Assembly (NCBI GenBank): GCA_040954595.2
Contig: CM082589.2
Coordinates: forward strand, 6,693,186 to 6,757,185
Origin: Balanoglossus misakiensis
Taxonomy: Eukaryota > Animalia > Hemichordata
Length of the DNA stretch: 64,000 nucleotides
Reading direction: 5' to 3'
Part shown: one piece after another, positions 23,513 to 36,840 of the stretch
How positions within the stretch are numbered: the first letter of the stretch is position 1
How the letters are laid out: each line of letters begins with the position of its first letter
Position numbers and translations under genes: made by a program
The notes under the pieces: generated by a model
Databases searched by the model: none
The model's input: the letters and a program-made list of their open reading frames with translations, nothing else
What the model was told of the DNA's origin: nothing

Positions 23513-23662
23513 GCTCACCCACTCCCTCTCTCTCGCTTTTTCTTTCTCTCTCTCTCACTCTCTCTCTCTCTTTCTCCCCCTCTCTCTTTCTTTCCCTCTC
23601 TTTCTTTCTCTCTGTCTCTACCCCCCCTCTCTCTCTTTCCCTCTCTCTCTCCCGCCCCCTCT
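23513..23662. repeat. (CT)n-rich polypyrimidine microsatellite
   Basis: Directly visible. Confidence 0.95.
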
Positions 23663-26600
23663 CAGAATTTTAACTTCAACTATTAACGATTCGACACGTT
23701 TCTATCTATAGAATGGCAACACAAAGAAGAATTCTTGTAAAGCATTTTTCTTGGCCACCTTTCGTAAAAAAAACACACACCGACTTTGCCCGTAGCATTA
23801 CGGCTTTATAGTCGACCGAACATTCGCCAGTTTCAGTTCCAATGTAACCCGACTATATATCACACCTTTTGTCAAGTTGATGTATAATAAATAGTGATAA
23901 GAATTTTTGAAAAGATGTAAGTTTGAAACTTAATCTCATGAAACTTATTTAATCTTGGCTTAAAGAAACGCATTGGACTGTAATGCATTATCATAGGGAG
24001 AGATCCTCATTTTTCAAATATTGCATTATTATAGTATTAGCTGGCCCGAGGTTGGACTTTAATAATAGTTCAATACTTGGTCGTTCATAATAAACTCGCC
24101 TCGACTGATCGCCAGTGTTTCATTTCATGATATCGGTGAAATCCTGAACTTCGCCGGATCGGGGAGTCACTGAGAGGAGGCGAGATTTAATTATGAAGCC
24201 ACGAGAGATGGCGGCGGTCTGTAAAGACACGGAATATGGTCATCGCTACTTACTGAACCGTAATTAACAATGATTGAAATTATTGTATTGTTAGTCAGGC
24301 GATCCATCATCTGGTTCATTTCGTCGATGTTTGCGTTCATGGTTACCGCAATTCGCTTGTGTTTGAGGAAGCGCATACAGAACAACTCCCCGCATGATTG
24401 GAGTCAATATTCTCCGCGACGGTACATCATCAGCGACGCGGACGCGCGCGCTTCGATCAACATAGAAGGCGCGGCGGAGTAGATGGGACATCTCCCGCAC
24501 GGGGATCGGAGAGCAAATATGAAATTGACAAGGCGACGCGGAATTAGTCTAGTCAATTTCGGGTGTGGACGCGGAGAGGGAAACCGACAGAGTGCGCGGT
24601 CCCAACGATGATTAATTGGTCGACGGAGAAATGAGCAAAAAGTGAATATAAATGAGATATTATGCGCGGCACATTAACGAGTTATGAAATTGTATCGATC
24701 TTCTATTTGCGTTCTTGTAAGTAGCTTTCTCGCTAATCGAGGTCAACGAAAATGTTTGACCCGGAATCTTTGATACAAACCAGCGGATTTTATTCTATTT
24801 CGTAGACGGAATTCACAATCCATCATTTCTGTCGTTCAGTGAGTTCCGTCGGATATTTAAACTTTGCTTAGTAACCATGGTGACCGAGTAAAGTCGCGCT
24901 CCGACAACACGACGCGACATTTCGATCATGGTACGAAGGAATGATAATTGATAAAAGTGAACGCAAAATGATTTAATCTGTGCTCTAACTCATGCGACCG
25001 ACCCAGTAAGTCATTTTTTCTTAGATTTTTTTGCGATGGCTGTATCAATCGCAGTTTTTGCAAAGAGGTAACTGATATACAGAATTTGGAGAAAAAACTA
25101 TATAAAATTGAACAAAAGTTCCAGCTATACTAGGCCTTTTTTGATAATATGTCTAAAATCGTGCATTACAGCACACTCGCACAAGAGTTATAAGAACTAT
25201 AACAAATTTCATATCTCGTGAGAACAGAATCTGTCAAATGTCATCACCGCCACATTCTTTTACATATACATATCTCGAACTGAAGGACCGCGCCGCATTG
25301 CGGGCTCATGTCGGACAGGGGAAGGCGAAAAAGTGCGAGTTTCTCACGATCTCTTCGAGCTCCCTATTGCCCCCATAGCGACGCTCTGGTCACGTGGCCC
25401 CTTCAGATGTACCTCCGATCATCGCGTCAAAACAAGTGAGTCACGCTGCGGCGACGTTGCCAGTGGCAACCTTCGATAGACACCTGCTCTTGTGTGAGGG
25501 TGCTATCTAACTTCAAGACCCAAAGAGTGATTTTACGCGTGGTTGTATAGGGCATGTCATAGGCACTTTAAAGACTGACCACCTATAGAAAGGCCAATTT
25601 AGTGAAAACGTCGCGTATAGGAATTTGTTTCATTCGTTCTGTTGTGTAAACTTTCGACATTTCCGTCTCTAAATCTCGTCCAATCAAATAAATGTCCAAT
25701 TTTTATCAAAGTGTATTAATTTTACCATAGATCCTGATCACGCTGATGTTACGAATGGCTATCTTGTACCGTGTCGCATGCATGGATAACAAGTCAGCAA
25801 CAGCGAACGACGAAACACCACCCAGTACAGATATCATTTTACCCTTAAAGGAAGCAACATATTAAAAAAAGAAAAGTTAACTTCATGGTGATGTAAATAA
25901 ATAAATCAAGCGCCCTTAGCTTCGTCGGGGGTGATATTTAATATAAGCCATATGAAAACAAACACACATTGTCCCGTGGATTCAAACTTTCTTGGTCAAA
26001 AAACAAGTTTGGCACCGATTCTGAAGCCATACCTCTCAGAAATCCGACCTGTTTAAATTTACCGGGGGACCTTGGTGCGTGTGAATGATACGGGATTGCG
26101 CTGCGTGTTTGGGTCCGGGTATCGCTGTCTCTTCGTTTTATTCGAAAGCATCGGGTTTATCAGCAGGGCCGGTTCATGCCGCGAAGTGGGTTCGGTACGA
26201 AAGTGGTCAACGCGCTGAGGTATTTGGGGAATGGAAACGAGCATTTCTTCATGTACCTCCTGTCTACATAACGAAGTCACACTTGTTTTACCCTGAGTAG
26301 GTCTGGGACTATTTTTTTTTTCATTTTTCTGTCGCGTGACATTGCTCTGCGGTCGATGCAATCTTCGCTTCACCATAGGCGGTAGCTGGAACCTAGGGCA
26401 GCTTGATTTTTTTTCGCATGCAAACTGGAATTTCGCAATCTGCTCCGACTCTAAAATGGTGTAAAATCGCCCAATATTCGGCCTGACGCATTCTTGCTGT
26501 TGTTGACAAGTCTGGTCATGGGGTATCTCTCAGACAGGGACAAGTAGCAAGATCTTGTTCGGACGAAAAAAAGGACAAAGTCACTGTCGTTTGACATCAT

Positions 26601-29600
26601 TTTTGGTATACCTGTCTGCCAATGCTCTCCTTATATGTGCAATACAAAACAGTATTGCGTGATATTAGCCAAATAACGTGACAACGAGATGATTATCCGC
26701 GTGCTGGCAGACAGAACATAAATATGTTTGCAAAAATGAAAGACTTAATCTTTCAAACCAAACGCACGTCTCTATACTATATATTTCATTATTTCCCCCT
26801 TCCCTGCACGTCAATGCGAACAATTTTCAATTAATTTATTTTATGCACGGTCTCTCCGCACACAAAGGGAATATGATTTATCGCGAATGATCTTTCAAGG
26901 GTGTTTGTAGCTTTCCCACGCGTGTTTTAAATCTTGTAAATTCTTGAAAGGCTCGCCGCGTAATTAGTGCAAGACACGTCAGAAACACACGTGCAAGCGT
27001 TGGTGTGTTAGCGTTCGAATTTAACCACACTATTTAATTGATATCATCCGTTATTTATTTTTCATTTTGTATATTTTATTTAACAATATAAGATGGTCGC
27101 AAATAACTGTACAAAAACATTTTACATGCAATGGTGGCAAAGTACATATGTATAATATAGCTATAGCGTTTAGACAAGGTTTCGCTCGCTTATTATAAAA
27201 AATTAAACACAGAACTCGTTCCAAAGGACCGAAGCAACTTGTCAGAGCCGGTCGAATTTTCAGAAAATCTGTACGTTACTGCAACCTGGTCATGATTAGA
27301 CCCGCGTTGTTTTCAGTTTGTCTTGAGTGCAGAAGATATGACAAAAACTTTGATCAAAAAGAGCACTTTTACAGTTGTACAAGTTTGTCGACTTTCGGAA
27401 GCTCGCGATGAATCGATGGAATACATCAATTGAGTTCTCTATACACGTCGCTAACTGTAGTTAAATTTGACGTTGGAGCTATACTAACAGTATGTCCTTC
27501 CACTTGTGAAGACGACATTGAGAGTTCTGTTGTTTTTCTAAGGACAAGTGACGCGCGAACAAGGCTCTCCATAACATATCACTAGATCACAGTGTGTCCA
27601 AATATTAACCCCTTCACCCCATAACCGCGCATGTGCAGATCCTATTACAGCATTGGAAACGACGACACCAAACAAATTCAGGTCCATGGAAATTGGCGAA
27701 GTCTTCGAAGAAATGTCCCCCGATGCTTGTCAGACCAATTCCGCATGGATCTCTCACACCAATGGAGCTGGTCTCTGAAATAAATAAAAAAAACCAGTAA
27801 AACAGTTATCGCACTTTTTGAAACGAGAAATGATTTTACTTTTTAAAGTTCATCGATTAAGCAGATGTCTCCAATGCCATAAATCATATCAGTATATGCG
27901 GCAATAAACGCCATTTTATAAAACCGTGATATTTTATTAACACATAATTCGGCGGTTATTCGGCAATAAGTAAAGTTTACAGACACTTTCAAAAGCGCGG
28001 CTCTGGAATCGCGCCAGAAGATGATAAAAGTATGCGGAGAAATTACTGGAAATATGCCAGGACGAGTGGGTTGGTTGGATGACCACAATAATTTGTTGAA
28101 TTTCTGACGAGGGGAATTTTTTTTGACCTGGATATTATGGTGGCGCAGACCGGAGCTCCACCCAACGTGAATCATGACCCCCAAGCAGCGAGACGAGATC
28201 CCCGCAAAGTTTACAGGAATTACTCTGATCGTTTGAAATATTCAATTTATGTATTGTCGCATCTTGGGTACACCCAAGCGACGTTTATTCGCGCTAACTT
28301 TTTCTTGTCTCTGTCTGTCTTTTTAGCATAACCAAGAAAAGGCAGATAAGATTTAATAGGCCACAATGAACTTGGCGTTATCCACAGGGTGTCCGATACA
28401 CCCCTACAACGTCACAACATGACGCTTGTTGTTGACTGTGGTATATATCTGCGCATGCTCTGATAACTCATCTCTCTATCCAGCAGGATCACAAACTAGA
28501 GTCTGAAAGTTGCATCTTATGTGCCGTTTTTCTTATAAAGGCGGTAAAACAATCGATTATGTGAGCAAACGAGAACTTTGCAACGATTTATCATAATTAA
28601 AACATAGTGTTTATTTATATATTTCATTGAATGAGAAGAGCCTTTGGTCCCAATATTTTCCAAAGTAATGCGACTCCACTTTTTTCGATTCATTTCACCT
28701 GTTGGATTCTGTTGCAGGTTATTTTCTCCGATATTTTCTTGGCCTTACATTCTTTATTTTTAGGGGTAGGCTGAAAATAGTTTAGGAATTCGTGTCCGGC
28801 AAAGTCTCCTCTGGAGACCGAGGAATTATCTCGGACAAATCACGGTGACAGTCATCGGGTGCCAGATAACAAGCGATTCTCGACATGGTCGCAAATCAAG
28901 TACCGCATGATCGATATTTCCTGTGTCACAGTACGAAAGAGAATTTTGGGGGATAAAAACCGACTAGTTTTCAGACCGATGTGCCACGTTGTCCGAAGAC
29001 GAAGTGGCCATAATCCTTCGGGTTAATTAGAAGTTAGTGACCCCGTCGAAGCTGAAAGACTGAATAAATAAACAACACGACATCAAAAAAGTGGGCGAAT
29101 TTGGGTTCTTAATCAAAACCAACATCGCTGTAGAATGTTTATGTTAGGGAGATTTGGCACAGGAGGGGTCAGGTAGGTTAAAGGTTATCCTGGGCCCTAC
29201 AAGGTCGTCATCCGTCTGGGTTTTTGGCCGCTGACAGCAACTGCGGTGCAAACCAACGTGTCACCCGGCGTGCGAATTCTGGCGTCCGTTGAGACACCCA
29301 CGGGCAGAGTTCGATGATATCTCACAGACAATTAATAGTCGGAATTTCTTTGTTCCAGAAGTTTCACTTTTTCTTGTCGTACGTCGAAGTTCCAGCGGTA
29401 TTGAAGCCCTTTCCAAGATATCAATGTTCAGATATTTCTTTTCGATTAGAAAGTTAGCGACCGAGCGCATATAGAAGAAAACCTAGAACATGTTTGACCA
29501 TTAATGTGCGTCTTACTCTATGATTGACAATTAAATTTTCGAAGGTAAAATTGTTCAAAGTTAGCATTACTTGGGCTTTGAAAAAAAAGCTTTCTTTTGC

Positions 29601-30745
29601 TGTTTTCGCGTTCTGACTTTATTTGCGACGGCTATCGAGACTGAGAGCTGGGCGCGCTTCGGTGCGCGTTCAGTCCATCAGGATCCTTGAGTCAAGAGCC
29701 GAAAGCAATAAAAAGATCTCTAATCTTACGTCATTTGACGTTATTTCGTTGTCTGGTAATCCACGTACCAATGGATTGAACTGACTTTAAAATCGACGGG
29801 ACAAAACTTGCACTTTTCGTGCCAATTTGTGAATCATATTCGAATTTGCGAAAGTGTTTTGAAAGCTGGCAGTCATTTCTGCGTCAAATCATTCGCGACC
29901 AACGATTTCGTGATGTCTATATACCGGCTTTGGAGATTTGAAATTTGAAGACTGAATATTTACTATCTGTCGGTGATAAATTGCTTAATTGGTTTGTTGT
30001 GTCACTTGATCCCGTGTGTGAGAAACAGAGAAGCGTGTCGTAGTGGTGGATGGCCGGGGCATTCACTTCGAATTTCGCCGCGCGTGGGTGGCTGCTCTTA
30101 CGACGGTGTGTTCACGTACTATACGCGTTTAGCCAGTTTTCAGCTCAGAAGAAAATAAATATTGATCTAATTATTAAAATATTATTTAACAACTATTTTC
30201 TTAAGTATGCCTTCCGACTTTTGATCTAGGTTTGCGTTTTCGGCCAAACATGGCCAAACTGTAATGAGATTTATTATACAGGCCAGGTATATGAATGACA
30301 GTTCCCAGCCGGATGAAATGGACATGAGCTGTGTGAAATGGACATGACCGCGTCTGTCGCCGGCCGGGTTGCTAGGAGGGATAAATCGTATAAATTTACG
30401 AGTAAAGCGCAACGCTCAATAACAACTCGAGAGGACGCTTGGACAAATGGCCTGAAGATCTTCGAGTGCAGTCGACGCGAGACAAGGAAGTCTTGCTGGT
30501 AACATGACGTGAGACTATGTTTTGCACATGTTATATTATGTATCCCATCTAGGTAGGCTCACACGTGCATCGCAACGCTTGGCAGCGCTTCCGGGTTACC
30601 AGGTCGTCGAATTAATCCACCAGAAAGCAGTTTGCTCCTAAGACAACATCACTGCCGCCATTCTGCTGGGGTCTTTCAAACACATTTTATCCATCTGGTT
30701 GCACCGCAGTAATTTTTTCCTGCGTGTAAAGCTTGTTCACCCGGC

Positions 30746-30890
30746 TATAAATCCCAGACGCGCAGCCTGTTTCCTTCGTTCCCATGGCCCCGCCCACTTA
30801 TTAGCATATGACACAAATTTCCCGTCATGCAGCACGTCAGGTTGAAATGGCGTACGATTTTAGAATATTTTGGTGTTCAAGTCGGTAAAG
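30746..30890 (+). promoter_or_regulatory. Candidate promoter and short first exon of the downstream gene
   Basis: TATAAA at 30746, GC box CCCCGCCC at 30788, ATTAGCAT at 30800, YY1-like AAATGGCG at 30845 and donor-like G|GTAAAG at 30885. CpG depletion begins about 1.2 kb downstream. Confidence 0.35.
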
Positions 30891-33800
30891 TTTTCGTGGC
30901 TGTTTCGGCATTTCTGAGTTGAGTGTCCCCTCGCCTTCTGTCGCCGGACTCCGCGAACGTCACCCCGAAGCGACTCGGTGGTAAAGCTCGCCAATTCATC
31001 GCCCATCCCGTTGGAGAATCGGAGGAGGGCGGAAGTGCATCCCTAGTCACAACTCTGAAAAGTTGGAAGCTGGTCAGTGGAGGACGGACTTACAACTCGT
31101 ACACATCAACAACGCTTTTTAAAACACGGACGCTTGCCAAACACAGTAAGTGCGCTCACACCACCCCAAGTTGTGTTTTGATTTCAGCGATGCACAAGAC
31201 AGAAGAAATCACGGCCACATCCCCCTGAAAGTCATGATCTGACCAACACGTGCCGGAGCGATGGGATCGTTTTACGCCACTGCAATCGACAAACTTTTTT
31301 TTTGGTAACGAGTCTTCTTAAATGTCGCTGGATTTATTTTCCGGCCCCCTGAAATCGCCCCATGACTTTCGCGCGCTCTTCCAGTCATAACTGCTATCTT
31401 GGGGCCGCCAGGGTTTTCAACATCCTTGGCGTGTCAGTTTAGTTTACACTGATGTATATTTGTTCCTGGTATATAACTTGAAATGGCGATGGTCGATCAT
31501 CACATCTCTCATCCCGACTTCTGTCTGATCAGATAATCCTTGATGATGGGATGCGGCAGAGCACGACTTCTCTCGGCTTTGATTTTGCTTCTTACAAAGT
31601 TGAAAGCAAAGCGTGCGGTCAAACCACTGTTATTTTCAGACGTGACACGCTTCAAACCAGTCTTTTAATATACTATTTTGGTGCTCCCAGGTCGTACTCA
31701 CAAATGTGAATACAATGTATCTAACTTGTGCGTCTATTAAGTTTGGGGAACAATGCAATGCAACACTTGAAATCGACAAGCTAAACTCATCACCGGATTC
31801 TGCCCATTTCTACATCAAGAAACGCCAAATTTGTAGGTCGTCCACTGGTCGAGTCAAAATCAAAGTTGTTTACCCCGCCCCATGACTCAATATTCAGCGA
31901 AAGTATCTATAGTGTTGAGAATATTAACAGACTGCATATTTAGGTAAACTGATTTTTTGGCTGTATCTAAATGACGGCAGAGGAATTTGGACATCAGAGC
32001 TCGGTGCACAATCTTAGATGAAACTCACTGTCCCGCTTTTTCCTACACCTACTTGGTTTTTAAATATATGACAGTAATTAAATTCCTATATTGAACTGCC
32101 TGTTGGGTGGGTGACCTGGAGCAGACAGGGTGAGAGTTTTGAAGTGTTTTAAAACTCTGCGATGGTACATACGCAGCCACAGGCTTTTTCAATTTAAGAG
32201 CAAACAAAGAAACCCATAACCCCTTCACATGGCTGACCCATATTTTGACCGGTCTGACCTCAAACAATTTTAGTAAACATTTTGTTAACAACTTGCAGGG
32301 CTGATGCTTGAGGGTGTTAAACTTAAAGTCTGGTGATGTATATGTACTCCTTGAAAAAAACTTGACCTGCCCAGGTTTCAAAGACCTTCTGAAGGTTATT
32401 TTTGACTCTTTAAATTCAATCTTTTGTAAGAAATTTTGAATAAGCATGATGGTTTTCAGCAAAGTTTGATTTTTGTGATAAATTAAACAAGCTATAATGT
32501 ATGCAAGTTGAAATTTGCATATTATAATCAACTGGCTGCATCTGCAAGCATTTTAAAAGAACAAAATATGATGTACTGCAAAATTGTATTGAGGTGACAG
32601 TGATCTAAACCATGCTTGAGTCAATGAAAAAAAACTCATCCAGATATGATAGGGACTCATAAAATCTTTTTTGCACAATTAGCATTCTTAAAAAGTCATA
32701 AATCTTTATATAATAATTAATGAATCTCTTTTGATCTTCAACATTCACACAAAATCAAATTTTAATGTTGCAATGAAGAAATATTTCTTAAATAATAAAA
32801 GTTTAATCATGAAAATATGATTTTAAAACAGAGACCATTTTTATTTCGTTGCCTCGCTATGAAAATGTGACTTTTCTTCTCTAAACATCAGTCATTGAAG
32901 AGAGTGAAAAAGAGTTTATGCAACTCTTCAAAAATTGTGAAGTACTTCCTGATGACAATAAAATGTTTATTGTCAGAAACTTGTGTGTCATAGCATATCA
33001 AATATCATAAAAATGTGATTGTCCTATGTTATTTGCATAGAAGCTACCAGTTGAAAATTATAAGTTCTGATCACACTCCTGATTGGACAAATAGGGAATA
33101 CATGTAGTCTGAATCTGGGCCTGAAAATAAAACACTTCTTTTATTGTTTTTTGCACCCCATAACTCTGAATTTTCAGTTGTCAGATGATCACTTCTAATT
33201 TCTATATCACTGTGCTTGGTAAGAATGAAAATTCAGCACATCTTTGGAAGCAGAATAAAACACCAATAAAATGACGCGAAAGGAAGTTGACTTTGCCTCT
33301 GTAAAGGAAATGGTACAAGGAAATGAAAGCTCTCAGGTCATTCAGAGATTATAAATCTTGTTATAGTTGTGAAGTAGTACGTCCTATCCAAAATATAAAT
33401 TTGCAGTATCTTGGTTCAGATTTTTATAAAAATAAAAATCACATATATCCATTGATGCATACAAGTATTTGAAGTCTTGATTGCACTGAAGCTGTTGTAG
33501 AATAATTTTAAATATTCAGAAAATGGGAGCAGAAAAAGAAATGTATTTTCAAGTTTTTTGCAGAAAATGTTTTGAATTTCCCATACTGTTTGCTTACTGC
33601 GAGGCGGCCATTTTGAATTTTTTGTTTTGGTGATGTGAACAGTGCAAAACTGAAGTATGTTTCCAACTGGGTCAGCTCAGGGCTAACCCATAGTCAGCCA
33701 GGGCTAGCAAATTTAGCACATTGTTAACACCTATTTAGCACACAAATACATCACCAATAACAGCAGAACAGACTCAGTGGCCATTTGTAGCTAGCACTGG

Positions 33801-34389
33801 GCTAACCTAGAGCTAGCTGATCAGAACAGAACACTTGATCTCTGCTGTAGTGTACTTCTGTAATCTAAATATTTACACAGCAACTCCTTAATATTTCTTT
33901 GATTTAAAAACAAAAACAAGCAGTGTGCAGCGTCCTTGAGAACTGTACCAGTAAAAGTTTAAGACTTGGGCCAGGGGCTACATTTAGGGATGTGTTGGTA
34001 TTTCCATGGTGTGCCTCCTGGCCCCCATGTGGGCATGCGAATATGAAAACGTGTGTGCAGTAGGAAGTCGCAAAGTCTGATTGCAGTCATATTGTGGGCA
34101 TCGCAGACAACAAACATCTGCCGGAATATATTTGGCTTGTGCAAATAGATCAGCAAATAAACATGACACTTTTTCACAGAATTTATATTACAGATATCAT
34201 AAAGTTATAGGCATAAAGGACTTTAGAGGTCAGTTGAATGAGCGGACAGTCAAATAAAATGCCGCCTTGTAAATGAAACCTTTGGTCACCACAATTTTAC
34301 CCTCAAAAATACTGGTGCAATATTTTCTCATTTTTTGCATGTTTTTCTCTCCAAAAAACTCACGCAGGCACCTGGAGTTGAGGGTCCTA

Positions 34390-34492
34390 GGACAGTTACC
34401 CCCTGGACACTCACCCTAACCTTATCCCTAACCCTAGCCCTGATTGGTGGATGGGAAATGTTCAGGGGTAAATGCCCAGGGGGTGACCGTCC
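34390..34492. mobile_element. Small inverted-repeat element with internal CCCTAA telomere-like units
   Basis: Arms GGACAGTTACCCCCTGGACA and TGCCCAGGGGGTGACCGTCC (17/20 complementary) flank CCCTAACCTTATCCCTAACCCTAGCCC. Confidence 0.55.
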
Positions 34493-35047
34493 TCATACTA
34501 AGTTGATGTGGGAATGAAGTTACAAGTGGCCTATGGTACAAGGAGATTGTCTGTACATTTCTCACTGAATTTAACATGCAGTTCAACTCTTGCAATGATT
34601 ATACAGAAAGTTTTAAGTTCAGTTATTTACCTGTATCTGTTGCAGTCTGTTGCAGCTAGTCGATAAGACAGGACGTGGGAAGTTGCCTAAGAGATGTGCT
34701 TTACCACCAGGACAACACTGTAGAGTCCACTGTAGCCATGGCGACCACTGGGTTCCATCTTGAGAACACAGAGTTTGTCAGAGGATGTGAAATCAGGTGA
34801 ATAGGATAGAAGCTCAGCGAGTTTGGATCTGCGATGGCTGTCATGGCTGCTGTTGACATGTGGACTGAGCATCGTCCCGGGGAAAGAGCAACCATCTTTA
34901 TCAGCTTCCCAAGCCAAATCTTAGCTGCAGAAAAAGACCTCGAGTTGTAAAACGTCCAAGCTTCTCTGTAACCATTCCAAGAATGGAACCGCGCTTGAAT
35001 TTAAAAATTTGATATTCAAAACAGAAGTTGTAGTTTCCTGTCATTTA

Positions 35048-35560
35048 TAAGTCCCTCAAAGTATATATTTTCTTGAAGCCCAGATAAAAGAAAATCTGAT
35101 TGTGTGTATTACACTATCATTATTTATACAGTAGTCATGCGACGTGCATTTTCATGGGTGATCGAAAATTCAACTTTTACCCCATTTTGCAGAAATGCTG
35201 CATGGTATTTGGTTGAAAATCGTGCATTGAGAAGTCTGGTGATATCCTTCAAAACTGAATCTGTGATTTTCCTTCCGACTTTCACGGCGCTGTTAAATAA
35301 ACAGCAATTTCACCTGTTTCACTTGTAAACAGTGCAGAACAGAAAATGCACATCTGTCATTGAGTTTTGAAGGATGATAGCAAGACTTGTCAATGCAGGA
35401 ATAATATCAATGTGTGGTTTTATTGCAAAATGGAGGTAACAGTAACATTGATTTTTGAATGTCTGCAAACATGCCAATGCACAAATAATGCTTATGTACT
35501 ACGCACGATTTGAGTTAGCATATCTGTTTTTTTAAAGGAAATATATACTTATGGGCCTCT
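35048..35560. mobile_element. Degenerate foldback/palindromic MITE (about 510 bp)
   Basis: Nested complementary arms: 35059-35070 with 35539-35550 (AAGTATATATTT), 35224-35260 with 35359-35396, and CCATTTTGCA with TGCAAAATGG. Confidence 0.7.
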
Positions 35561-36594
35561 AGGACTTTGATAATTGACAGAAAACTACAATTCTTTTAAA
35601 GTGTCTGTTTAAGAAGTTGCATCCTTAATGAGAAGTTTGAGAATAGTATACAGCTCATCTTCTCTTACCTCAGGCCACAAACTTGCCAATCATCCTTCGT
35701 ATTGGGTAGAAATGAGAAAAAAATGTGCTGAATATTTAACAAGTCACTGCAATTAAAATTACTGCCAAAAGCAATAGAAACCCACTACTAGTCTTTCCAT
35801 ATCTACAGCCAATTCTCAGATTCTTCATCTGGTACCAAATTTTTATACTCGTCCCATGCATAATTCGTCATGTAAGGTTCAACGTTGTATCTGCTCATTT
35901 CCATGTTTTTACATGAGAGCCAAAAATCTGATTTAAATATTTGATTTGCATACCAACGATTTTTTTTAGAGTTATAAAGGTCTGGAGGCAGTTCAAAAGA
36001 AGTTATTCGTTGAAGCCTGCAGGGCAGTATTAACCGTATGAAATATTTTTTGTCAGTTGACTTTCGCTGAAAGTCTGAAGAGTCGACAAGTTAATCCAGT
36101 CTATGTACTGTCAACATAGATGAGCCTCGCGCTTAAGCCCGTCATGACCAGCCATTTCTGCCAAAAAAGGGATTGAACTAAAAATGCTCAAAGAATATAC
36201 ATCAGTACCAGTTCCACCATTGTTTTGGTCTGTTTAAAATCTTCGCAGTAGCCAAATGCGTTTGGGTCCAAAATTAGCCTGATGGTCTTTCTGAAGTCAG
36301 TTCAGAAAGTGAAAATAAATCAATTTTGGGTGGGAACATGTTTTGTTTCAACAAAGGTTTCACATCGTAATTGGATTTTTGGGGTGTGTGCCAATGCTAA
36401 CGCATGTTGGCTGTTGGTTATTTGCGGTCACAGTCCCAAAATGTAGAGCAGTCCTTGCTTCAATGCATCCACCTGATTTCAGTGAATATTTTAAGCAAGA
36501 CATTTTATCTTTGTCATCAATACCACAAAACTTTGCATCCATTTTTGATCGAATCATGATGATACCAGTTTATTGTAAAAATGTACAGGTTTAA

Positions 36595-36840
36595 TTAAGG
36601 TAGTGTGCGCCTCGAAAATCAGTCTGAAAATTGTTCTCATATTTTTCTCAAGGCAACTTTAGATTGTTTTCTGTTTTCTCTTGAAATTGGGAATAAAAAT
36701 AAGGGATCACTGAACAAATTTTTGAATGACACCAAAACTGTCTTAAAATTAAATATTCAAAATGGCCGCCAATCTGTATGCTAACTCCATGGAGAAAATT
36801 TAAGTAGTTAAAATCTGTAAAAGATGAATACTACCTTGTG
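36595..36840. mobile_element. Partial TTAA-GG-started interspersed repeat (Kolobok-like MITE fragment)
   Basis: Starts TTAAGGTAGTGTGCGCCTCG and interrupts the relic frame. Its ATTCAAAATGGCCGCC motif recurs inverted at about 33603-33618. Confidence 0.45.

Noticed and set aside
23377-23711. Ser/Leu-rich ORFs
   Set aside because: Products of the (CT)n microsatellite.
24191-24500. Overlapping short ORFs, one with a hydrophobic stretch
   Set aside because: No splice or homology support; more consistent with GC-rich regulatory DNA.
32049-32531. 160-aa minus-strand ORF
   Set aside because: Non-ATG start, no recognisable motif, AT-rich repeat-like context.
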